DNA of 64,000 bases, from contig SMSO01000034.1 of NCBI GenBank assembly GCA_004764695.1, forward strand, positions 2,294,001 through 2,358,000, given 5' to 3'. This document shows positions 44,701 to 53,946 of the stretch, one piece after another; positions within the stretch are counted from its first letter, which is position 1; the number at the start of each line of letters is the position of its first letter. The position numbers and the translations under genes were made by a program. This DNA is from Schizochytrium sp. TIO01. Its lineage: Eukaryota; Protista; Bigyra: Labyrinthulomycetes. The notes under the pieces are model-generated. The model had not been told where the DNA came from and did not search any database. It was given only the letters and a program-made list of their open reading frames with translations.

Positions 44701-45664
44701 TGATCCCATTGCCTGCGTTGTGGATAGTGAAAAGAAGACTGCTCGTTTAGAGAAGTTCAAGGATACCGAAGACGCAACTGTTGACCAGATCCGTCTGCTC
44801 GGCATTGACGGCGAGGGCGCTGCGGAGGGTCCTCGTCTGGTAAGTATCACATTGCGCTACGAACGTAACCCTACGGTTGGTGATAAGTTCGCTTCGCGCC
44901 ACGGTCAAAAGGGTGTCTGTAGTGTTCTCTGGCCCCAGGAGGACATGCCCTTCACGGAGTCCGGTATGACTCCCGATACTATTATTAACCCGCACGCTTT
45001 CCCGTCCCGTATGACTATCGGTATGTTGATTGAGTCCATGGCTGGCAAGGCTGGAGCGCTCCACGGCGTCTACCAGGATGCTACTCCTTTCGCTATGCAG
45101 GGTGATGAGGAAGGCAAGACTGCAATTGACCACTTTGGTGCACAGCTTGCCCGCGCGGGTTACAACTACTACGGTTCAGAGCCCTTGTACTCTGGTACCC
45201 AGGGTACTGAGATGCAGGCTGATATTTACATTGGTCTTGTGTACTACCAACGTCTGCGTCACATGGTTTCCGATAAGTCTCAGGTGCGTGCTTTGGGATC
45301 TGTTGACCCTGTGACCCGTCAGCCCGTCAAGGGTCGTAAGCGTGGTGGTGGTGTTCGTTTTGGTGAGATGGAGCGCGATTCCTTGCTTGCCCACGGTACC
45401 TCCTTTATCATGCGCGATCGTCTTCTCATGAGCAGTGATCGTCACTACGCTTACGTCTGCTGTGGCACCATCCTTGGTGTGGCAAACGACAAGTCCAAGT
45501 CTGCTGACTCGAACGGCTTTGGCAACTCCAATGCCCCGGCAACCATGAAGTGCAACAAGTGTGGTCGCACTGACCAGTGGTATACCACAACGATCCCCTT
45601 CGTCTTCCGCTACCTGACCAATGAGTTGGCTGCCATGGGTATCAAGATCGAGATCACCAAATAA
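41741..45664 (+). CDS. RPA2: DNA-directed RNA polymerase I second-largest subunit (RPA135/POLR1B)
   Basis: Pol I-type [114 protein letters not shown]. Confidence 0.97.
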   Translation: [1307 protein letters not shown]

Positions 45665-47925
45665 TAAGTGAGAAAGCGAAGCAACTCACTTATTAGATTA
45701 GAAAAAAGAAATCTCGAGCTAAGAAGCCCGTTCCATCTGTGTTGAGATTCTCCATTTACAAACAAATCATGGAGTAGCCAATGCTGATGCAGAGTGGTTA
45801 TCAGCTTCCTTGACTTCGCAACTTCGTGTTGGTCTTGCTTGCTGTAGTCCGGATTATCACGTCCTGTGAGAGTGCTCTCTACATCAACGCTCGACCCTAA
45901 CATTAAAAAAACACTCGGTGTCAATACGAGCATAGTACTCCAACCACTAGTGCTATCCCGTGTAGTACCACTTACGCCTAACTTTGACATGCAAAGCAAA
46001 TGCTTTGAGATTGCCAAACCCTATTTTTCTCAGTTGGCTTTCCCCCAAACGTTTGCTTTACCGTCAATCCCAATGCACAGACTTATAATACGCAAAAATG
46101 AATTCAATTCTTTCAATTTCTCTAGAACATTTTGTATTTCTTAATATCGTGGGGGTTTGAATATCTCGATGTCTTTTCGGGGTAATTTCACTGCTTGACA
46201 ATTCTTTGCAGAGAGTTGCTTTCGATAGAAATAACTAAGGGAATTTCTTGGAGGCCGGTCAGGCATAAGTATCTTCTTAAAATTTTAGATAGGGACAGAC
46301 AAAAATGTTTTCCAGCAAATAGAGATCCGAGTATTTAGTGCCCCCTTGACAAGTCTAGCTTATCCTTTCCTCTGCAACCACTGACACCAGATAAACAAAA
46401 ACAAATACGATATATTTTGGGAAAATGATTTCCAGCATAGCCTTGATGGCGCAGCAGCCCCAAATTGGTGAATTAGTAAGCTTGGATACACTTTTAAAGG
46501 AATACCCCCAAACCATGTGAAAACCAACTTCCTTTGTTGAGACGTAGGTATTCTTGAACGCACCATTTCTGTAGGCTCGTATGGATTAAGTCTCGTTTGC
46601 AAGCGGATTGCTTCACATGCTACGGACAAGATAACCTCAAGTCTAGACCTGCCAGAACTCATTTTCACCAGAGCCACCCTTTAAAAGCGTTGTTTCTAGG
46701 TAGTAGGTAGGTAGGTACACTCGTATTGGGTACTCCAAACACTGCATTTCTGGAAAGCTGGTATTGCCTCATAACCACTCGTTGCGTGAAAGCTTTCCTG
46801 AATACAAATAGAACGCTTTGGCGTCTGAAGAACATCAGCTGGCAAAACTTTTGAAGATACATAGCAATCTTATAACAAACATTTTTATTTATTTATTTAT
46901 TTATTTTTTAAGGCCTACTATAAAAACTTTAAACTTTAAAAAACGTTCTACGTCTTGAGAAAGAACTTTTCTAATCTAATCCCCCCACATATTATGATTT
47001 TGAAAAAAAACTATATATATTTTAATAATTGTTTTAAATAAATATGTAAATAAATAATAATAACAACTTGATCAATAGTAATAATAAACTAAGCAAACGT
47101 TAGAGAACTCGAAAGAAAAGAAAAGAACTTTTTCCCTTTTCACAATTTTTCCAGGGCTCCCAAAATAGTCAACTAACCTCCATTGAATACAATTCATTAA
47201 AAAACAAAAGGCCGCCTGCCACTATTCCAAGAAAGAACGCCTTCAAGCGTCAGCACATGTATCTCGGCCCTTCCTGCAACAAACGCTCCGCATCATGAAT
47301 CGAAAACATAAACGTGAACCCAAACATCATCTTTAATCATCATAACAACAAACAAAAAATGAAATCGCCAGCACACTTGACAAAATTAGGCCCTGGCCAA
47401 GATTCGATTTTCGGTAGTCTCCAGCTACCGCAAACCATAGCACTTGCCTCCGTACGACCGTCTGTCTGTTCAGATTCGTTTCGTTTCTCTTTAGCGCTGT
47501 GAGTCTTTGCGCGTGAACTTCGAAGCAGAGGCGCTTTTGCGCTAAATCATCGTACGCTCCTGCGCCAATCGATCGCCACGCCCTGACTCCGCTTCCGCCG
47601 TCTTCGAGGCTTCGGCGGCCGTCCTTTGGTGTGGCCGAGACCTCTCGCTTCCAGGTCAACACCGGTTTGCCTCGCTTGGGTGGCTGCCGGAAAGCCTCAA
47701 TTAAATCGAGCCTCAATCGACCTCAAATCGAGCCTCAAAGCGCTCGATACCCATCGCTTCGTTCTTTCACGCACGCACTCATTCACTCACTCTCTCACTC
47801 GTTCAACCAAACAATCAACCAACGAACCAACGAACCAATGAAAGAATGAACGAGACGCGACAAGCACCGCTGAGGCGCATCAGAAGCAAGCAAGCTCCCG
47901 GAGTATTTGTGGGCTCTAAAGAATT

Positions 47926-48041
47926 AAGAAGAAGAAGAAGAAGAAGAAGAAATCGAGCGCCGCATTAAAGAGCAGCCAATAACGCCTCGAGCGATGCAGG
48001 AGCTCTTGCAGTTCTTGCTTGCTTGCTTGCTTGCTTGCTTG
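47926..48041. repeat. (GAA)n and (GCTT)n microsatellites
   Basis: GAA run at ~47926-47951; GCTT run at ~48013-48041. Confidence 0.9.
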
Positions 48042-48072
48042 CCGAAGGGGCTCTTATCGTTCAATGCATTTT

Positions 48073-48341
48073 AATAGTTGCAGTGATCGCATCGGATTAC
48101 ATTCCAATAGTTGCAGTGATTGCATTTAATTGCATTATATTTCAACAGTTGCAGTGATTGCATTTAATTGCATTCCATTTCAATAGTTGCAGTGATTGCA
48201 TTTCACTGCATTCCATTTCAATAGTTTCATTGCACTTGAATAATTGCAATCAGTGCAATAACTGCATCGCACTTCAATAACTGCATCGCACTTCAATAAT
48301 TGCATTGCACTTCAATAACTGCAACAATTGCAATGACTGCA
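48073..48341. repeat. Compound minisatellite: ~38-bp units followed by ~19-bp units
   Basis: About 4 copies of AATAGTTGCAGTGATTGCATTTAATTGCATTCCATTTC-like, then AATAACTGCATCGCACTTC-like 18-19-mers. Confidence 0.9.
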
Positions 48342-49716
48342 CCTCCACCAAACTGCTCAAAGTGCGCGCGCGATAGCTCTACCTTTCGAGCATTGAGCAT
48401 GCCGACTCAGACTGCTCTGCTTAGCATACACAATGCATCTGTCCCGGCGCAGAAAGAAAGAATGAAAGAAGATGCAGTCGGTACACACCCAAGTGCTTCA
48501 TGCGCATCTACTGCCACTGTAACCGATGCAAGTGTGTGCCCAGAGTTGGCGCTGGGTCACGCCCAGTATAGCAGCGTGCACCTTACCGGTAGCAGAGCAG
48601 TGTCCATTAGGCTGACCAATCAGAGCGCGCTTCGGTGTAGAAGGTGACAGCTTTAGAACTGAACACCCACAGCGGGCACGGGAACCGCATCTTGAAGGTG
48701 CCAAAGGTCTCAGGACATGGTCCTACCGCGCGAGCGTAGAGAAGAACTGCATGAGAAATCTCTTGGGGCTGCAGAAAGTACGTTTGCTCAAGGCCTACTT
48801 AGTGGAGGACGCCGCCGCCAAAGCTAAGGAACTGAACATCCTGAACGGGGATTTGGAAATTCACGACTGTGATTGCAACGGAAGAGAATGGGGTTTTACA
48901 ACTTCAGGTCTGAACGCTGTGTTCTGAAGATTCGGTCTTGAAAATAACTCAGGTTCGATTGGCTCTTCCTCTGATTGTGCAACTCTCCACATGAACGGTT
49001 CTAGTGTAACGGGAATTTACAACGTTTTCCAAACGGTCATGTGCTTCGACCAGTACGGTGCTGTTCTGAAAAGGATAGAAGCTACAGAGTGAACTTTTGA
49101 ATGCAGGTAATAAATATGCCATGTAAGATTGATGCACTGCTCTCGATCGATAAGTCATGGTGCGTTCTGATGAGGATTAACAGAAAAAGTAATTATATTA
49201 TTCAAATTGTGCAGTCTTGTAATTTCTGATTTGATTTTTTATACTAATTTTGCAGACTTCAAGCCACAGATGTCCCAGAAAGGTGCTGTGGCTATTACTA
49301 CTACTACTACGAAGATTTCTAGAGGAGATATGAATGATGCGCAATAGATACAGGGTATGGTGAACTGGATCAGCTAAAGAGCATATTGAAGCGCAAGGTC
49401 GCGCGACGGGTCACTTGAGACAATGTTCTTATCAAAAGTGTCCGTATAACATGTATGCTTTCGTGCGCAGCAGCAGAGGCAGGTTTTATACATACATACA
49501 TTCATTCGTTCATTCATTCGTTCGTGCGTCTGAATAACACTTCAGCTTGCTTGCTTGCTCACATTTTAACATGCGAGTGCTTGTTTTTTGTTTTCCTTCT
49601 ATAGATAAAGTGCATAAGATGTTTGTTTCCTTGTTGGCTGTTTACTGGCATGCACTTGTATTATTGATTTTTCTTGCTTGCATGCTAACTTCTGTGAAAT
49701 ATCTGGTTTATTTGAT

Positions 49717-52041
49717 TTACGTACAGGGAGGCTGCGAAATAAGCATCCTCGAAAAGATTTTACGAAGGTTTGTGAGTCCAAAGACCATCCCCTCATCGTA
49801 GTCGTCGCCGTGTTTGTGACGTTCGACTTTTGCAAAATCGATGAGACGGACGTTGACGCAAAAATTGCGGTCGTCACGGTTGAAGCCCTTACGACGCTTC
49901 TCGTTGGCCTCAGCATCCGGTGAAGACGGGCTAACTGGAATGAGATCAAACGAACGTGAGCGAGGGTGAATGTAAATATTTTCCGATGTAGAGGTTCCTG
50001 ACGAGAGTACCGGAGAGTTGCTTGGTGTTGTCAGAGAGTCCGATGAAGATGAGGAAAGTCTATCACGACGAGCCTGGGGGTCGCTGCTATCATACACGAT
50101 AAGAACTGAGCAGCCATAGAAACGCCAAGGCGTGGTTTTCACAGCTTGCTCGAGCATGGACAGCTGTACGATGATATCATTGACTACATTGACCCGTACG
50201 TTGCCGGAGCGTTTGTCTACCACAAAGGCAAGTAAAGCGTCGTCGAGGCCATCTTGATCAAGGGAGCGACCCCAGTACTTATCCTTGAGAACAAAAGCGC
50301 GCTTGATATCGTCGTATGTCTGCATACCCCCGATGCGAACACCAACTGATTTGGATGTGGTTGATTCTACACGCTTTTGCTTCTTTGCCTTCTTCTCGGC
50401 ACTCTCCTTAGAGTTGTGTTGTTGAATGCCCATTTTCAGATCCAGAATGTGCGGATGGATCAATCCGTGCGTAAGATCCTCCAGTACCAGGTACACGAGT
50501 TTGCCTGGCTCCACCTCGACCACCTTCTTCTTACGGTAGCCCGCAAAACGAGACCAAAGTGAGGTAATACTCCAAGAGCGCTGAAGGCGCGCCGGAGGGG
50601 GAAGCGACTCACCAGGCTGTTGGTGATGTTGTTGTTGTTGTTGTTGCTGCTGCTGAGCGAGAACATGTTTGTGTTGAAGTGGCTGCTCCTCCAGTTGTGA
50701 CTTTGATGTAAGGTTAGAAGTGTTGGGCAGGTTGTCCTGGTCCTCGAGTTCGGCCATCTCGGTGTGATTGCTATCCTCTTCACTGGCAAGGTTAGACGCA
50801 GCAAGAGGGTCGTCGCCGAGCATGCTTTGAGACATTTGGTGGGGTTCTGGTTGAGGCTGTTGTTGCGCCTGATGCCTCAGTTGCTGGTGACCGTAAAAGT
50901 CCGAATCAACAGCGTCTTTGTTGCCATTCTCAGACAGGTGAAGGTCAAGGCTACGCTCGCTCACAGACAGTTCTTCCGCATCCTCGTCGTCCTCGATGTC
51001 GTCGTCCTCATGGTCCTCATCGCTGTGGATCCGATGGGTAGATAGGTTTGTGGGGTTTGAATCAATGCGTTTCCGTTTGACTTCTCCGCTATCGGCAGAA
51101 GTGGCATCGTCGCTTGTTGATCGCTTAGACTCGTCTACCGTTGTGAGTTCACTGTTTCCGTGCATGCACTGAAGGGGTCTTGTGAGTGCGTGGTCGTTTT
51201 CAAGGATGTTTTGCACATCAATAATGACACGGCCAGAGAACTTTGGTGTGAATCGCGCCACTTGGGGCGCCTCTTTCTGTAAACATTCATAGGTATCAAT
51301 TTCCGCCTGAGTGGCAGGCTTGCACAGTTCCCCAAGATCTCCACGAAGCATGGGGAAACTGCCTGCTACCTGGTGTGGGAATAGATACAATTGGCCTCCG
51401 GAGGGGCTCATGGCCACAACCTCGGGCAGGTGGCTTACGCCGCCCCAGACCTCCTCTTCAAATGTGCCATCGCGATACAAAAGAACAGAAAGTGAGCCGT
51501 ATGGTTTCTTCAAGCCGGTGAGTTGCGAGGGTGGAAGTGAATGTGCGTTGCGAAAGAGGTCATCGATGATGCCTCCGTGGGTGACGACGACGACCTGTTG
51601 GCCTTTGTGGAGGTGTACAACGTCGTTCATGAATTGTTTGACACGGCGAAACCTATCATTGAGCGATTCGCCCTCTGGGACCCTGAAGTCCGGGTTACGC
51701 TCCACAAATCGTTTTCTATACACTTCGGGCATGCGTTCCTTGACTTGGTTCATAGACAAGCCAACAAGCGCACCAGAGTTGTACGGGAGAAGTCGTTTGT
51801 CAAGTTCCACTTTAAGGTTCAATTCCTTGCAGATGTTTTGCGCTGTTTCGTACGATCTTGGGCTACTGTAGACTGCCGATACTTTGCGTCCTTTCAATGT
51901 GTTCGCAATCGCCACCGCCTGCAGCGAGCCCTTTCCCGAGAGGTGTGCCAGCGCCGGTGTCACATGTTCAGCATGTCTCACAATATACAACCGCGTCCAC
52001 CCTGGTCGAAGCCCCTCTGTCGGTGTCGTCATCATCCGCAT
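49717..52041 (-). CDS. Fusion: N-terminal histidine-phosphatase (PGM-like, branch 1) domain plus inositol hexakisphosphate kinase (IP6K/Kcs1-like IPK) domain
   Basis: First ATG at 52041. Phosphatase: LYIVRHAE, VYSSPR, PEGES, VVVTHGGII. Kinase: FPHQVAG, LCKP, FTPKFSG, YLVLEDLT..PHILDLKMG, STTSKSVGVRIGGMQTY, KYWGRSL, FYGCSVLIVYD, VRLIDFAK, DEGMVFGLTNL. Single open frame. Confidence 0.88.
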   Translation of the reverse strand: MRMMTTPTEGLRPGWTRLYIVRHAEHVTPALAHLSGKGSLQAVAIANTLKGRKVSAVYSSPRSYETAQNICKELNLKVELDKRLLPYNSGALVGLSMNQVKERMPEVYRKRFVERNPDFRVPEGESLNDRFRRVKQFMNDVVHLHKGQQVVVVTHGGIIDDLFRNAHSLPPSQLTGLKKPYGSLSVLLYRDGTFEEEVWGGVSHLPEVVAMSPSGGQLYLFPHQVAGSFPMLRGDLGELCKPATQAEIDTYECLQKEAPQVARFTPKFSGRVIIDVQNILENDHALTRPLQCMHGNSELTTVDESKRSTSDDATSADSGEVKRKRIDSNPTNLSTHRIHSDEDHEDDDIEDDEDAEELSVSERSLDLHLSENGNKDAVDSDFYGHQQLRHQAQQQPQPEPHQMSQSMLGDDPLAASNLASEEDSNHTEMAELEDQDNLPNTSNLTSKSQLEEQPLQHKHVLAQQQQQQQQQHHQQPGESLPPPARLQRSWSITSLWSRFAGYRKKKVVEVEPGKLVYLVLEDLTHGLIHPHILDLKMGIQQHNSKESAEKKAKKQKRVESTTSKSVGVRIGGMQTYDDIKRAFVLKDKYWGRSLDQDGLDDALLAFVVDKRSGNVRVNVVNDIIVQLSMLEQAVKTTPWRFYGCSVLIVYDSSDPQARRDRLSSSSSDSLTTPSNSPVLSSGTSTSENIYIHPRSRSFDLIPVSPSSPDAEANEKRRKGFNRDDRNFCVNVRLIDFAKVERHKHGDDYDEGMVFGLTNLRKIFSRMLISQPPCT
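50621..50656 (-). repeat. Coding polyglutamine tract (CAG/CAA) in the IP6K insert
   Basis: Translates as QQQQQQQQQHHQQ in the disordered insert between the kinase lobes. Confidence 0.85.
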
Positions 52042-52570
52042 TGGACGCTGCTGCCTCTGCCTCCACCACTGCACGCTCCCCGCGTCCAGCTGCTCCAGTT
52101 TCACGGACCCCTTGGTCTCCTCCTCGGCAATCGTTCTTCTTCTCGACCAAGAAACAGAGAGAAAAAGAGACTCTCTAATAACAAACAATATTATTATTCT
52201 CCTCTTCTTCTTCGCGCCGTCGGTTTTCGTTCACAAAACCCGTCACTTCGAATCCAGCCTCGCGGCCAGGGTCGCCGCCGCTCGTGCCGCGGAAGAAGAA
52301 GCTGTCTCCGCGCGACCTCCTCCTCCTCCTCCTCCACGCGCCGCCGCTCCTCGCGGTGCCGCTGCTCGCCTTGGACGGGGCTCTGACGCCGGGCCTGAGC
52401 AATAATTAATTAGCGATTTGGTCTCCCGGCTTCTCGCTCTTCTGCTTTTCTATTCTATTCTGTGTACGTATGAATATGTTTCTTTCTCTCTCTCTCTGTG
52501 TATATATATATGTGTATATATATATATTCCTCTTATGGCGTCGATGTAATGATGATGAGCTCTTTCTTTC

Positions 52571-52606
<36 letters not shown>

Positions 52607-53745
52607 ATTTGTTATGCATACAAAGCAAACACAAAACTTTCAATTACAAACAAACAACAAAACTTTGGGCGAAAGAATGGGAACTACAAACTAAAAACAA
52701 ACAGCCGCAAAAGAACAGAACAGAAAAACAGAGAGAGACTGGAGGGAAGGGAGGAATCAATGTGGCGAGCGAGTCGTCGCTCGCTCTCTCTTCCCGGTCT
52801 CAACGCCTGCAGGGCTATAGCTAGCTAGCTAGCTAGCTGCCGCTGCTGCAAAGGCCACCCTCCCCCGCGAAGGCTCACGCGGGCCGCACTCCTCCCTCGA
52901 CCGCACTCGATCTCTTGAGAGAAAGAAACGCGCCACAGCTCTTTGTTGAAGGCCCTCACTGGCTGCAGCGATCTCGAGAGCTATAGCTATAGCGAGCTAG
53001 CACCTCTGATGACAAAACCAAACGAAGACCGCCAAAAGAACCACGCACGCCACCGCACAGATGGATGACAAAGCCTCGAGCCTCTGCGCAGCCTCCTGTA
53101 GCTTCTCTCCACTTGGCTTTTGCTCTTGGTGGACCTCTTCGTCTCTGATTGATGTCTTTCCTCGACTTGCTTTTGCAATATTCGCTCCAGCGCACGCGTG
53201 CGCCGCGTCTAGTTAACAATTCTCTTTTGTTATTATTATTATTATAAAAAATAATAATAATAATAATGACGAAAAGGCTTTACTTTACTACTTTAAATTT
53301 AACTCAAATTAAAAAGTAAAGTAAAGTAAAAGAAGAGAATTGAGAAGAAAAGAAAGTGCGGAAACAAAATGGAATTAATCGATCGATGGAACAATCGACT
53401 AATGGATTACTATGGGAGAAAGAAAGAAGAACGAACTCTCAGAGCAATTGACAGAGAAGAAAAGAAAGAAAAGAGAAAAGTAAAAGGAAGTGAAAAGAAA
53501 AAGGGAGAAAGAACTTGAAACAACAGAACGAAAGTCAAAAGAAAGAGGAATGAAAAACAAGAGAAGAAGTAGAAGAAGGGACTCTACTACAGCCGGCTGC
53601 AACTCGACTCTTCGTTTCTCCTCGCGTCGCCCGATCCTTTCCCGCCGTCTTCCCTGCTGCCTTTGCTGCTGCTTGCTTCCACGCTCCGAGTTGCCGCTTT
53701 GGTTTTCAAGGACCAAGCTGACGACGATGCCGGAAAATCGGATTC

Positions 53746-53946
53746 CGCGAGGGCTCGCTGCCCCTCTTAGAATGACGAATGGATGAAAACCTGGATAGCT
53801 AAGCTGCTCAGTGGCAAGAAGGTTTCTGCCACAAGACCTTCGCACGGGGGTCTGCAGAGCTTTACGGGGGGTTGCTTCACGCCTCCGTAGACCTCTGGAT
53901 ACGCCGCGAGCAGGAGTTGTCACGAGCTAGCTCACTGCAACTCGCG
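53746..53946 (+). ncRNA. Candidate structured non-coding RNA element (multibranch junction), family unassigned
   Basis: Three adjacent hairpins (53811-53832, 53834-53853, 53855-53897) closed by CTGCTC/GAGCAG, followed by hairpin 53914-53943; G-U pairs favour the + strand. Confidence 0.35.

Noticed and set aside
45700-46870. Broken ORFs downstream of RPA2 (similar ones at 5.5-7.3, 11.4-11.9, 21.3-22.2 and 63-63.9 kb) as transposon or viral remnants
   Set aside because: No transposase, reverse-transcriptase, integrase or capsid motifs, TIRs or LTRs could be recognised; a translated search would be needed to support this.
48073-48341. Possible CRISPR array (repeat length ~38 bp)
   Set aside because: Units are head-to-tail with no unique spacers, there are no cas genes, and the context is eukaryotic.
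53718-53750. Hammerhead-like CTGACGA...GAAA
   Set aside because: Stem II is only 2 bp with reversed polarity, and stem I cannot form.
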